A stretch of 61,521 nt of DNA, counting the filler, from Candidatus Babelota bacterium (lineage in GTDB: Bacteria > JAGOBX01), in the NCBI GenBank assembly GCA_017999075.1. It is 14 parts of 14 records of this genome, joined end to end, with 100 filler letters (N's around TTAATTAATTAA, not from the genome) between each part and the next. Parts side by side here need not be neighbours in the genome. Positions count along the whole stretch, not along the records: positions 24,619 to 40,631 come from JAGOBX010000020.1; positions 40,732 to 44,120 come from JAGOBX010000456.1; 12 more parts are not named here. The stretch is one strand, 5' to 3'. Numbering within the stretch: the stretch's first letter is position 1; each line of letters starts with the position of its first letter. Positions 31,234 through 42,488 of the stretch are shown in pieces. A program made the translations under genes and the position numbers. The notes beneath the pieces are model-generated. The model made no database searches. It saw nothing but the letters and a program-made list of their open reading frames with translations, and was not told the origin of the DNA.

Positions 31234-33375
31234 ATGTATCAACATTCTAAAATCCTGTTATGCTTTAACGATGAACAGTTAAAGGCAAATATAACCGGAC
31301 TATTAATTAAACAAGAATATATTGTTGTTTCGTTCGACAAATCACAAGTAAACTTTTTTGATTTTTTTGATTCAAATCAGATAGACGTTGCTCTATACGA
31401 TAAAAGTAATTATCCTGCTCTTATTCAAATGAAAAATCATGACAAACACAGGAAAATCCCAACAATACTTATATTGGATTCTATAGATGAATTAAAACTT
31501 GATATGAGCAATAAAACAGATGAGTTTATTGTTAAACCTGTAAATGAACTCGAGCTTTATGTTAGAATCCGCACTTTATTCAGATTGAAAAAATATCTTG
31601 AACTTATAGAACTTGACGCGCGCAACTGGCAGAAAAAAACAGAGTTAAAAGACGATGAACTTAATAAACTTAAAGAATATAATAAGCATATTGTTGAAGC
31701 TTTTCCTATGTCTATGTTTATTATAGACAAACAGCATAAAATACAATTTTTGAATCAAAAATTTGCCGAGTTAAGAAGAACTGAAATAAAGAATATAATG
31801 TATAGGTATTTGAATGAAATATTTAATTCTGATATATACAATTCAATTATTAAAATAGAAATCAATAAAAGCATATATGACCTGCAGGTGCGGTTTTTGA
31901 ATGATGTTCAAAATTTGTTCTATGATCTGGGAGAACGCATTTTTGATATTTCAATAACGCCCTTACGGGAATACGGAGATAACCTGCAACTGCTGATTAT
32001 ATTGCATGATATTACTGAAAAGAAAAAAAATGAATGGAGAAATCATCTTGTTCAGGAGCTTCTTTCGTATATTCAGGATATTTCAGAAGTTGAAAAAACA
32101 TTGTTTATAATATTAACTTGCGTAACAGCAGGAGCGGCATTAGGATTCAGCAGAGCATTTTTATTGCTTTTTGATCATGAGTCAGGAAAACTCGAAGGGA
32201 AACTTGGAGTTGGACCGAGCAGCCAGCAGGATGCAAATAAAATTTGGGCTGAACTTTCGAACAACCCGAAAAGTTTATCTGATTATATCAAAGATTATGA
32301 TAAAAATATCGCGGCAATAAAAAACAAGCATGCTGATTTTTTAAAACAATTGACTTTTACACAATCGGAAATAGATGAAAGCATGAAACGGTGTTTTCGT
32401 GAAAAAAAAGCTGTAAAAGTTGAAAATTACAATATGGACAATTCATTTTTCGGCAAGATGGCAAGATTACTCAATATTAACGAATATGTAGTGGCTCCTT
32501 TGATAAGCAATAATAAACCTATTGGAATAATAGTGGCAGATAATAAATACAGTTATAGAAGAATCGATTCGGACAATATAGTTTTGTTCAGTCTTTATGC
32601 TACTCATGCGGCGCAAAGTCTTGAACTTGGGAACAGTTACGACAATTTGAAAACTAAAATAATGGAACTTAAAACTACAAGAGAAAAATTGTTTGCTTCG
32701 GAAAAGATGGCGACAGTAGGAAAACTTGCGGCAAACATTGCGCATGAAATAAGAAATCCGTTATCAACCATAGGCGGATTTGCTCATAGAATTAATAAAA
32801 GTCTTAAAACAGGAAATATATCAGATGTTCAGAAATCAACTGATATTATTTGCGATGAAGTTACCAGACTTGAAGAAATTTTAAGCAGCATAATGGATTT
32901 TACGCGCAGTGGAATGGTTAATAAAAATTTATGCAGGATAAAAGAAATAGTAGATAAATCATTATTCATATTAACTAATGTGCTTGAAACCGAGAGTATA
33001 AGAATTGAATATTTAGATGATTCCGGCAATCTTGAAATTATATGCGACAGCCAGAAAATCAAACAGGTGTTAATAAATATTTTTAAAAACAGCATTGAAT
33101 CAATTGCTGAAAGCAGAAAAAAACCCGGATGCATTAAAATTCATACAATTGCTGAAGAAAATTTTTGTAAAATAATTGTTTCAGATACTGGAGCTGGAAT
33201 GAATGAGGAATCTTTATTGAATTTGTTTTCTCCATTTTTTACCACAAAAGAAAATGGAACCGGACTTGGCATGACAATAGTAAAGAATATTATTGAGGCG
33301 CATAACGGAAGAATTAATTATACATCGAAGGTAAATGAGGGAACTGTTGTTACAATAGAGTTGCCTGTCAGGTAA
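31234..33375 (+). CDS. Sensor histidine kinase (degenerate REC-PAS-GAF-HisKA-HATPase)
   Basis: KPVNELEL..RIR receiver tail, PAS, GAF (FSRAFLLL, IGIIVADN), AHEIRNPL, GTGLG. Confidence 0.92.
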   Translation: MYQHSKILLCFNDEQLKANITGLLIKQEYIVVSFDKSQVNFFDFFDSNQIDVALYDKSNYPALIQMKNHDKHRKIPTILILDSIDELKLDMSNKTDEFIVKPVNELELYVRIRTLFRLKKYLELIELDARNWQKKTELKDDELNKLKEYNKHIVEAFPMSMFIIDKQHKIQFLNQKFAELRRTEIKNIMYRYLNEIFNSDIYNSIIKIEINKSIYDLQVRFLNDVQNLFYDLGERIFDISITPLREYGDNLQLLIILHDITEKKKNEWRNHLVQELLSYIQDISEVEKTLFIILTCVTAGAALGFSRAFLLLFDHESGKLEGKLGVGPSSQQDANKIWAELSNNPKSLSDYIKDYDKNIAAIKNKHADFLKQLTFTQSEIDESMKRCFREKKAVKVENYNMDNSFFGKMARLLNINEYVVAPLISNNKPIGIIVADNKYSYRRIDSDNIVLFSLYATHAAQSLELGNSYDNLKTKIMELKTTREKLFASEKMATVGKLAANIAHEIRNPLSTIGGFAHRINKSLKTGNISDVQKSTDIICDEVTRLEEILSSIMDFTRSGMVNKNLCRIKEIVDKSLFILTNVLETESIRIEYLDDSGNLEIICDSQKIKQVLINIFKNSIESIAESRKKPGCIKIHTIAEENFCKIIVSDTGAGMNEESLLNLFSPFFTTKENGTGLGMTIVKNIIEAHNGRINYTSKVNEGTVVTIELPVR

Positions 33376-33410
33376 AAATTAAAAATTTAGATAGGAGTCA
33401 ATACCGCATT

Positions 33411-33785
33411 ATGAAAAAACAAATAAAAATATTGTTAGTTGACGATAATGATAATCAGCGTTTGCTGTATACCCAGGAACTTGAAGAAGAAGGGTATAAT
33501 ATTGTGACTGCAAGCAATGGGAAAGAAGCTGTAGATAAAGTTTTATCGGAAAAACCTGATCTTGTAATACTTGACATACAAATGCCTGGAATTAATGGTA
33601 TAGAAACATTGGATGAAATATTGACATATAACAAACAATTGCCGATAATACTTCATTCTGCTTATTCAAATTATAAAGAAAATTTTATGAGCTGGGCTGC
33701 AGACGCGTATATTGTTAAATCATCGAATCTTGATGAATTAAAGAAAAATATTGACAAAATTTTGAAAAACAGGGGAATAGTTTGA
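33411..33785 (+). CDS. Single-domain response regulator
   Basis: ILLVDD, ILDIQMPGING, YIVKS. Confidence 0.93.
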   Translation: MKKQIKILLVDDNDNQRLLYTQELEEEGYNIVTASNGKEAVDKVLSEKPDLVILDIQMPGINGIETLDEILTYNKQLPIILHSAYSNYKENFMSWAADAYIVKSSNLDELKKNIDKILKNRGIV

Positions 33786-34669
33786 TAAAAAGCATGACCG
33801 GTTATGCCAGAACCGCTAAATCAGGCCAAATAGGGAATATCGACATAATAATCAAGTCTGTGAATAATAAAAACTGTGAGGTGACTGTAAAATCTCCTAA
33901 GATTTTGTTTGAACTTGAAAATGAAATAATCAATAAGGTTAAACAAAAATTGCAGCGTGGGAAAATATATGTTTTTATTAGCATTACAAACTGCAATGAT
34001 AAAAAAATTGTATTAAATAAATGTGCGTTAAAACAATATATTTCGGAAATAAAATCTCTGCAGAAGGAATTGACAGATTATGTTTTTACGGTACCAGAAA
34101 TTTGTTCATTGATGCAGTTGCCGGAAATTATTGAAATAGAAAGTTTAGAAACGGATATAACAGATTTTAAAAAAGATGTATTTCAAGTATTAGATGAAAC
34201 TCTTGAAAAAATTGATAAAATGCGAATTAATGAAGGAATTAATCTGCTTATGCCATTTTTATCTTATATAAATCAGATTAAGAATTTTGTTGAAATAATA
34301 AAAAAAGAAGTTCCTGTTTCATTAGAAAATTATAAAATTAAATTGGAAAAATTATTGAATGAATTGTATTTTTCTTGTGTAGAAGATAAAGAAAAAAAAA
34401 TTATGGCTGAATTAGGGTTGTATGCGGATAAAATTGATATTACAGAAGAAATTGACCGTTTGTCAAGTCATCTTGACGAATGTGAAAAATTGTTGAACAA
34501 CAAAAGTTCCGAACCTGTAGGTAGAACTCTTGAATTTTTAGTTCAGGAATTAAACAGAGAGATTAATACCTCTGGAGTAAAATCAAATAATTATGTTATT
34601 TCTCAAGCTGTAATTAATGTTAAAAGTTTAATTGATAAAATAAAAGAACAATCAATGAATATAGTTTGA
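33782..34669 (+). CDS. yicC: YicC/YloC-family endoribonuclease
   Basis: MIKSMTGY, IKSVN, DITEEIDRL.SH, GRTLEFLVQELNREINT. Confidence 0.93.
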   Translation: MIKSMTGYARTAKSGQIGNIDIIIKSVNNKNCEVTVKSPKILFELENEIINKVKQKLQRGKIYVFISITNCNDKKIVLNKCALKQYISEIKSLQKELTDYVFTVPEICSLMQLPEIIEIESLETDITDFKKDVFQVLDETLEKIDKMRINEGINLLMPFLSYINQIKNFVEIIKKEVPVSLENYKIKLEKLLNELYFSCVEDKEKKIMAELGLYADKIDITEEIDRLSSHLDECEKLLNNKSSEPVGRTLEFLVQELNREINTSGVKSNNYVISQAVINVKSLIDKIKEQSMNIV

Positions 34670-34699
34670 AAAAATATTTTTAAATAGAGAGGTTAAAAA

Positions 34700-35803
34700 A
34701 TGGGAGCACTATCAACTTTTAAAAAAGAAATGAGAAAATGTCCTGTATGTGAAAATCAATTTAAAGAAGAGTTTATGCTGACAGGTTCAATGCGTCAGGT
34801 CAGTATTAATATGAATGAAGAGTTAAGGACTTTTTATAAAGAATATCAGGGTTTTCCTGTGGCTCCGTTTATATATGAAGTTATTACTTGTCCGAAATGT
34901 TATTACAGTTCTTTGATATCCGATTTTAATTCTATATATGTTCAAAAACAGAATTATACAGAAAAAGAAACTGAACAGATAAAAAATTTAAGGATAAATG
35001 TTATAAAAAATCAAAATCAGAGAAAAGAATTGATAAAAAATATTGTTGATGTTAATTTTGAAGAACCAAAAAATCTTGAAACAGCATTGGCTTCATATAT
35101 ACTTGCTGTTGACAGTTATAATTATTTTAATGAGAAGCTTCAGCCCGATACTAAAAGAGCGGTGTGTTCATTGCGCGCTGCATGGCTTGCCGGAGATTTG
35201 AATCTTTCTGAACTTCAGGAAAAATATTATAAAGAAGCGCATAAATATTATTCTATCATATCTTCAAAACCTGATGACAGCGGCGGATTTAAACTTGGAC
35301 CTGACTGGGGGAATAATTTCGGGTTTGAAGGAGCAAGGTTTATAAAAGTAATGCTTGATTTGAGATTTTTAGACGAAGTTGAAAATATTAAACAGAGATT
35401 TGAAATTATGCAGAATGTAAGGGCTACTTTTTCGAAAATACGAGGGATGGGTAAAGCAAGCCAGAATAAACGCGGACCTTTACTGAAAATCGCTGAAGAT
35501 ATGTTTGAAAAAGTTCAGCCGGTTTATGAAAAACTGAAAGCTAAAATCGAATCCGGAGATTATGCGGATTCTGCGGATTTAAAACTTGGCGATAAAATAA
35601 CAGTAACTACTGCCGCAGTGCAATCTGAAGAAGAACCTGAACAGGAAGAAAAAACAGTTGAAACACAGGAATCAAAAAAAGAAGAAGAATCTGATGTTTA
35701 TAAAAATGCGGCTACTGAAGTAGTCAAATATGCGTTAAGATCAGGAATTAAACGCGATTCAATAAAAGATATTGAAAAAATTCTGATGAAATATTTTTCA
35801 TGA
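34700..35803 (+). CDS. DUF2225-like zinc-ribbon/TPR protein
   Basis: CPVC..CPKCYYS and LRAAWL motifs; acidic tail. Confidence 0.75.
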   Translation: MGALSTFKKEMRKCPVCENQFKEEFMLTGSMRQVSINMNEELRTFYKEYQGFPVAPFIYEVITCPKCYYSSLISDFNSIYVQKQNYTEKETEQIKNLRINVIKNQNQRKELIKNIVDVNFEEPKNLETALASYILAVDSYNYFNEKLQPDTKRAVCSLRAAWLAGDLNLSELQEKYYKEAHKYYSIISSKPDDSGGFKLGPDWGNNFGFEGARFIKVMLDLRFLDEVENIKQRFEIMQNVRATFSKIRGMGKASQNKRGPLLKIAEDMFEKVQPVYEKLKAKIESGDYADSADLKLGDKITVTTAAVQSEEEPEQEEKTVETQESKKEEESDVYKNAATEVVKYALRSGIKRDSIKDIEKILMKYFS

Positions 35804-35826
35804 AATAAAAGGGAGAATAACAGCAG

Positions 35827-37653
35827 ATGAAAAAAAAATTGTATATTTTATTTGTTATAGTTTTAACATTGTTGTCCGGAATTAATTGTTCCAAACAAAA
35901 AGAAACTAAGCTTGATTCGGTGAATAATCTTAAATACGGATTATTACATTATCTGCCGGAAGATTCGATGATAGCTGTCAGATGCAGAAATATCAGTGAA
36001 ACTTATGCTGATTTTATAAAAAGCGAGTTTTATAGGCAATTGATGAGTTATCCGATTGTTCAGACAGCTAAAAATGGTATTAATTCTTTAGATTCGACAG
36101 AATTTGAAAAAAATTTTGAGTTCAAACCATCGTTCGATAATTTTATAGAGATTGCAGGAACTGATTTTGCCTTTGCGTTCACATTAAAAGATAATAAACC
36201 TAAATATATTATTTTATCTGAATATACCAGTGACAGTGTTATAAAAAAAATTGATTCGAACCTTCCTAAAATATTTTCAAACTCTGAAAATATGACATTA
36301 TCTGAAATTGAAATTGAAGGTATAAAAATTAAAACTGTAAAAATGATAATAAGAGGTGCAGGTATTTTATCTCTAAATGCTTTAGATGATAAAACAGAAT
36401 ACCATTTGAATTATTTTTTTGATAAAGGAATTTTATGTTTGTCTAACGATACAGAACTGATAAAAAAATCAGTAGAAACGATATTAGGGAAAAATAATAG
36501 GTCTATTATTGACAATAATGACTTTCAGACAGCATTCAAACAGCTTGATTTGAACAAACAGGTGATAACTTTTTTTAAACCTGATGATTTAAGCGAGTCT
36601 CTACTTTCCCATCCTTTGTTATCTAATATAAAGAATGCTAAAGATGCGTTCAGTCTATGGAACATAATTTCAGCAACATCTTCAAGTTTTGATATTAAAT
36701 CTAAAACTGTTATTAAATCTTATACAATATATAATAAAAATGCAAAAAATCAGAAACTCCTTGAAATGTATAGAAAAAAATCAGGAGAGCTTCAGACTGC
36801 AAGTTTTATTCCTATGAATGCAATGCTGTTTTTAACTACTAATTTGATAGATGCTTCAGGTATGTATGATTATTATCTGGGATTGTTTGACGAAAATATG
36901 AATAAAAAAGTCAAATCAGAAATTAAAAAAATTGAAAAAACCGTTGAACTTGATTTGAAAAAAGATATTTTGAATAATATAGGCAGCCAGATTTCAATCG
37001 CTTTGTTTGATATTGACGGTATAAGCGTTAATCCTAATGACGCGTTAAATTCATTGGCTTTTATAGCTGAGGTTAAAGATAAAACCAAAATAGATAAATT
37101 ATTTCAGAATAGTGTTAAAAAATATTTTTCTGAAAACTCAAAATCATTGAACAGCGGATTAAGTTTTAAAATTGAAAAATCAAAGTATAATGAAAATCAA
37201 ATCACTAAAATCGTGAGTTCGAAATTCAAACTTAATCCTCCATCATACGTTTTTAAAGATAAATTTTTTATCATAAGTTCTGAAAAAAAAATAAAAGATA
37301 TACTTGATACGCCTAAAGAAAAATCTATAATTAATCTCCAGAAAATTTCAGAACTGAAAAAAATATTATCTGATGCCAACGGATTTTTTTATTTTGATTT
37401 TAATCAGTTTATAACTACAGTATCTGAAATAGCTGATATGACAAAAGTTTTCTGGGACAGAGATGATATGTATTTTTCATCTTATGTGAAACCAATTCTT
37501 GAAGTACTTACTTATATAGATTGTTTTTCAGGGTATTCGAAAAATGATGAATTGGGATCGCTTTCTGAATTATACATTTTTACAGCTTCACCTAAAAATA
37601 AAACGCAGTTAAATTCTGTTGAACCTAAACAACATGAATTAAAAACTCAATAA
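35827..37653 (+). CDS. Lipoprotein, DUF3352-like
   Basis: Lipobox-like GINC; duplicated YLPEDS/FIPMNA domain architecture. Confidence 0.6.
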   Translation: MKKKLYILFVIVLTLLSGINCSKQKETKLDSVNNLKYGLLHYLPEDSMIAVRCRNISETYADFIKSEFYRQLMSYPIVQTAKNGINSLDSTEFEKNFEFKPSFDNFIEIAGTDFAFAFTLKDNKPKYIILSEYTSDSVIKKIDSNLPKIFSNSENMTLSEIEIEGIKIKTVKMIIRGAGILSLNALDDKTEYHLNYFFDKGILCLSNDTELIKKSVETILGKNNRSIIDNNDFQTAFKQLDLNKQVITFFKPDDLSESLLSHPLLSNIKNAKDAFSLWNIISATSSSFDIKSKTVIKSYTIYNKNAKNQKLLEMYRKKSGELQTASFIPMNAMLFLTTNLIDASGMYDYYLGLFDENMNKKVKSEIKKIEKTVELDLKKDILNNIGSQISIALFDIDGISVNPNDALNSLAFIAEVKDKTKIDKLFQNSVKKYFSENSKSLNSGLSFKIEKSKYNENQITKIVSSKFKLNPPSYVFKDKFFIISSEKKIKDILDTPKEKSIINLQKISELKKILSDANGFFYFDFNQFITTVSEIADMTKVFWDRDDMYFSSYVKPILEVLTYIDCFSGYSKNDELGSLSELYIFTASPKNKTQLNSVEPKQHELKTQ

Positions 37654-37663
37654 AACCTAAAAA

Positions 37664-38662
37664 ATGAAAAAAGGGAAATATTATAAACCTATAGAAAATA
37701 ATCAGGAAATTCAATGCCTTCTGTGTCCAGCTAAATGTTTTATAAAACACGGGAAAACAGGGTTTTGCCGTGTTAGAAAAAATAATTCGGGAATTCTTGA
37801 ACCTCTCACATATGGAAAAATTTCAGGAATGTCGCTTGATCCTATTGAAAAAAAACCAATGTATCATTTTTTTCCGGGAAAACAAATCTTGTCTGTTGGT
37901 TCAATAGGATGCAACCTTAAATGCGTATTTTGTCAGAATTTCGATATATCCCAAAATTTTAATTTTTCTTATTTAAGGGAAGTCAGTAAAGAACAACTTC
38001 TGGAATTAGCTGTGTCTAATGAAAATAACATCGGAATAGCATTTACTTATAATGAACCCTTGATCGGATATGAATTTGTTTTGGATACGTCTGTTTATTT
38101 CAGGGAAAATGGCTTAAAAAATGTTATAGTATCAAATGGTATTATTAATCGTGAACCTATGTTAGAGCTTGTTTCATATATAGACGGAGCCAATATTGAC
38201 TTGAAAGGAATTGATGATGAATTTTATAAAAATAATTGCAGAGCAGGAAATGCGGATACTGTTTTGCAAACTATTGAAATATTGTATAAGAATAAAGTTA
38301 CAGTCGAAGTTACAAATTTAATTGTAACTGGATTGAATGATTCTATTGAAAAAATAAAAATACTGGTTGATTCTGTTTCTTCTATATCAAAAGATATTCC
38401 TCTTCATTTTTCAAAATATTTTCCGAGATATGAATATTTAAAACCTGCTACGAATGAAAAAATATTATTGAGTGCATATGAATATGGAAAAACAAAATTG
38501 AATTATGTTTATGTCGGAAATGCGAATATAGACAAAACTTCCAATACTTATTGTCCATCTTGCGGAAAACTTTTAATTGAACGGCTTGGATACAGTGTCA
38601 AAAAAATGTTTAATACTGTAAATTGTCCTGAATGTAAAACTTATATTTATGGAATTGAATAA
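37664..38662 (+). CDS. amrS: AmmeMemoRadiSam-system radical SAM enzyme
   Basis: CLLCP..C, DPIEKKP.YHF.PG, GCNLKCVFCQN, FTYNEP, CPSC..CPEC. Confidence 0.9.
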   Translation: MKKGKYYKPIENNQEIQCLLCPAKCFIKHGKTGFCRVRKNNSGILEPLTYGKISGMSLDPIEKKPMYHFFPGKQILSVGSIGCNLKCVFCQNFDISQNFNFSYLREVSKEQLLELAVSNENNIGIAFTYNEPLIGYEFVLDTSVYFRENGLKNVIVSNGIINREPMLELVSYIDGANIDLKGIDDEFYKNNCRAGNADTVLQTIEILYKNKVTVEVTNLIVTGLNDSIEKIKILVDSVSSISKDIPLHFSKYFPRYEYLKPATNEKILLSAYEYGKTKLNYVYVGNANIDKTSNTYCPSCGKLLIERLGYSVKKMFNTVNCPECKTYIYGIE

Positions 38663-40631
38663 AAAAAATATATTATTTTTATTTATAATTTTATTATTTT
38701 TTTGTTTTGACAACAATATTACCGCATTGGAAATCAGAATTGATTTATCAGCTATGGATGGTTCGGCATCCGGAAACTGGAATACTATTTCTTTGGCAAA
38801 TGCAAATTTAACCACATCAAACCTTAAAAATTATACTGACGGCGCTGCTTCCTCAATATCTATAACAGGTTCTGGCTGGAATGGAGAATGGCACGGTACT
38901 ATACCTGCAGGATATTGGTTTGACGGCGGTGCAGGAATGGGAGACAGATTATATTGCAGCACAGGTTCTGCAAGTTTTACGTTTTCAAATTTAGGCACTT
39001 CCACTTATAGCGTTGAAATTCTGAGTGAAGGAGATGCTACGGTTAATTATTTAACAGTAAATAGTTCATCAGCGTCAAGAAGCAATTTAGGAAATACAGT
39101 TTATCCATGGAACCAGGGAAATTCAAATGATTGGCTTATATGGGATTCAGTTACGCCTTCAGCAGGTCAAATTACTATAAGTATTTCGGTTCAATCAGGA
39201 ACTTATTTAAATATGGATTTGATTAGAATTGTTCAATTAATTACTGCTCCGGCTGCGCCGACATCAAATGCCGCAAGTAATATATCTCCCACAAGTTTTT
39301 TGGCAAACTGGAATACTGTAGGTGATGCGACCGGATATAAACTTGATGTTTCTACAGTAAATACTTTTGCAAGTTTTGTTACTGGATATCAGGATTTGAA
39401 TGTTGGAAAGGTAACTTCTTACAGAGTTTCGGGATTGAATGCAAGTACAACTTATTATTATCGTGTTCGTGCTTATAATACTGTTGGTACTAGCGCTAAT
39501 TCGGGAACTCAAAGCACTGCAACAACAACGGCTGCAACTGAAAAACAGGAATTCACTTATACCGGCAGCGATCAAACTTGGACTGCTCCTGCTAATGTCA
39601 GACAGGTATATGTTCAAGCTTGGGGTGCAGGCGGCGGTAAAAGCGGCTATTCTACAAGTTATGCAGGCGGCAGCGGTGGTTATTCAAGCGGCACTGTTCC
39701 TGTAAGTCCAGGTCAAACTTACACTATAGTAGTAGGTCAGGGAGGCATAGGTTTGGGTGTTGGTTCAGGCGGAACTGCCGGCGGTTCGGCTACTTACGGC
39801 GGCGGCGGTTATGGAACAATGGGCGATGCTTCCGGTGCGTCAGGCGGTGGATTATCAGGTTTTTTTATGGGAAATAGCGGAATGACATTCGATGCAAGCG
39901 GTCAGGCCAGGGCTTTCATAATAGCAGGCGGCGGCGGCGGTTCTACGGGATATGCTGGTGGCGCTGGTGCTGGCGGTGGAACAACCGGCGGCGCTGGCGC
40001 TGCGACAGGCGGTAACGGAGGCACTCAATCAGCTGGCGGCACTGGTACAGCAGGAGCTGATGGGAGCGCTTTATGCGGAGGTAACGGCAGTTCAACTGGG
40101 TTTCAGGCATCAGGCTCAAGTGATGGAGGAGGAGGCGGCGGCGGCTACTGGGGAGGTGAAGGCGGATATGATGACGCTAAACCAGGCGGCGGCGGTTCAG
40201 GATATTTACATGGAACAATTATCGGCGGACAAACAACTCAGGGAACTCAGGGACCAACATCATCAGAGGCAACACCGCCAAATACAGGGAATTCTGATTA
40301 TCTTTCAACTGCCGGTGTTGGCGCATACGGGCAAGTAAGTACAGCAAGCGGCGCAAACGGCGGTCATGGGCTTGTTGTATTAAGCTGGACACCAAAAATA
40401 ATTGACCAAAATCTTTTAACAAACGCTGGCGCTGAATCAGGAACATTAGACAGCTGGACAATAATTGAAAATGGCGGTAATGGGTGGACAGTTTATGAGA
40501 ACGGCATAGGCGGGAATTATTTATTTGCAACTTCTCATTTATGGTGCAAAAAATCTCAAACTATTGATTTGATTGCAAAAGGATATACTGCCGCAGAATT
40601 AGATTCTGTTCCTAAAATATACGTTGAATGC
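38649..40631 (+). CDS. Large secreted protein: beta-rich domain, FN3, glycine-rich domain, F-box-associated (FBA)-like domain (3' truncated)
   Basis: Signal peptide; FN3 (SFLANW..GYKLDV..LNASTTYYYRVRAYN); WGAGGG..GGGGGGYWGG; NLLTNAGAE..FATSHLWCKKSQTIDL. Confidence 0.85.
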
Positions 40632-40731
40632 NNNNNNNNNNNNNNNNNNNNNNNNNNNNNNNNNNNNNNNNNNNNTTAATTAATTAANNNNNNNNNNNNN
40701 NNNNNNNNNNNNNNNNNNNNNNNNNNNNNNN

Positions 40732-40776
40732 GTCATAACCGAAGTAGTATTTTACGGGCATATAATATTGATACAT
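40732..40776 (-). CDS. Possible N-terminus of an iron-containing alcohol dehydrogenase
   Basis: MYQYYMPVKYYFGYD resembles the 'f.f.mP.ki.fG' start; only 15 codons visible. Confidence 0.35.
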
Positions 40777-40948
40777 ATTCATATTTTTTTAATTTCCCTG
40801 ATTTTATTGTTGTCAAAAAATAAGTTTGTAAAAATAGTTACTGAAAAAAATAATAAATTTATTTGAATAGAAATGATATAATTAAAAATAACAAATTCAA
40901 GATAAAAATAATGATATATATTTATTTTTTGTGTTTTTGAAAAATAAA

Positions 40949-40977
40949 TTGACAAATTGATATATTTTAAGTAATAT
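40949..40977 (+). promoter_or_regulatory. Sigma70 promoter upstream of clpX
   Basis: TTGACA-17 bp-TAATAT. Confidence 0.6.
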
Positions 40978-41090
40978 ATGTAATTTAAATAATTCTAAAA
41001 AACTGGGAATGCCCATAAATATAATCATCAAGCATAGTTTTTGTTAAATAAAAAATAAATAAAATTATATTTTAAGAAAGGAAAAATTAA

Positions 41091-42350
41091 ATGGCTGGAC
41101 GAACTAATGAGAGAATGCGTCATTGTACATTTTGTCAGAGACCTGAAATTCAGATTGATGGACAATTAGTTGCGGGTCCTGGAGTGTTTATCTGCGAGGA
41201 TTGCGTTAATGTATGCGTGTCTATAATAAAAGAAAAGCGTGTAGAAAAAGCGCAGCCTAATATTAAATTTCATTTTGATTTAAAACCGAAAGAAATTTAT
41301 GATATATTGTCGCAATACATAATAGGTCAGGATGAAGCAAAGAAAACATTGGCTGTAGCTGTATATAATCATTATAAAAGGATTAATTACCCTGTAATAA
41401 ACAATACAGAAATTGAAAAAAGCAATATACTGCTTATAGGTCCTACAGGAGTAGGAAAAACTTATATAGTCAGGACTTTAAGCAAGATATTAAATGTTCC
41501 TAATGTTATAGGAGATGCGACTACTTTAACACAGGCCGGTTATGTTGGAAGTGATGTTGAAGAATTATTATCCCGTCTTGTGGCAGCGGCAGATGGAAAC
41601 ATCCAGACTGCAGAACGTGGAATAGTTTATATAGATGAACTTGATAAAATTGCAAGAAAATCTGAAAATACAAGTATTACACGCGATGTGAGCGGCGAAG
41701 GAGTGCAACAGGCACTTCTTAAACTTGTTGAAGGATATAAAGCCACTGTTCCTCCGGACGGAGGAAGAAAACATCCTCAGCAGAAATTATTGATGGTGGA
41801 TACTGCACAGATTTTATTTATCGGCGGAGGAAGTTTTGAAGGACTTGACAAAATTATTGAACGCAGGATAAATAAGAAAACTATGGGATTTGGAGCTGAT
41901 GTTATTTCTAAAAACGAAGATAAGGATATTTCTTCAATACTTGAACAGGTTGAACCTCACGATTTGATTAAATTCGGAATGATACCAGAACTTGTAGGCA
42001 GATTTCCAATAATAGCAACTTTTAATGAATTGAATGATGAAGATTTAAGAAAAATACTTACTGAACCCAAAAATTCAATTGTCAAACAATATACAGAATT
42101 ATTAGGACTTGACAATATTGAACTTGGTTTTACAGAAGAAGGGCTTAAAGAAATAATTAAGATTTCTAAAAAAAGGAAAACAGGTGCGCGCGGGCTTCGC
42201 AGCGTAGTTGACAAATTGCTTAAAGAGCCGATGTTTGATATGCCTTCAAAGAAAGTTAAAAAGCAAAAGTTTATAATTGATGATAAATATGTATTATCGT
42301 GTTATAAATTGTTTGATAGTACTTCGGAAGTTGATAAAAAAATAAGCTGA
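41091..42350 (+). CDS. clpX: ATP-dependent Clp protease ATPase subunit
   Basis: C4 zinc finger, [26 protein letters not shown] loop, TGARGLR. Confidence 0.97.
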   Translation: MAGRTNERMRHCTFCQRPEIQIDGQLVAGPGVFICEDCVNVCVSIIKEKRVEKAQPNIKFHFDLKPKEIYDILSQYIIGQDEAKKTLAVAVYNHYKRINYPVINNTEIEKSNILLIGPTGVGKTYIVRTLSKILNVPNVIGDATTLTQAGYVGSDVEELLSRLVAAADGNIQTAERGIVYIDELDKIARKSENTSITRDVSGEGVQQALLKLVEGYKATVPPDGGRKHPQQKLLMVDTAQILFIGGGSFEGLDKIIERRINKKTMGFGADVISKNEDKDISSILEQVEPHDLIKFGMIPELVGRFPIIATFNELNDEDLRKILTEPKNSIVKQYTELLGLDNIELGFTEEGLKEIIKISKKRKTGARGLRSVVDKLLKEPMFDMPSKKVKKQKFIIDDKYVLSCYKLFDSTSEVDKKIS

Positions 42351-42425
42351 ATCATATAATTGACTAATTATAAAGATGCTTATTTTATAAGGTGATTCGT
42401 TTTTTGTAATAAATTTTTTTATTGG

Positions 42426-42463
42426 AAACAGCCATTCATAAGATTTTTTGAATGGCTGTTTTA
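42426..42463 (+). terminator. Stem-loop/terminator after clpX
   Basis: AAACAGCCATTCA..TGAATGGCTGTTT 13-bp stem. Confidence 0.65.
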
Positions 42464-42488
42464 TGTTGCAGGATTCGGTTTAAGCCAG

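Noticed and set aside
39600-40380. High-GC patch as a horizontally acquired island
   Set aside because: Explained by GGC glycine codons inside one continuous ORF.
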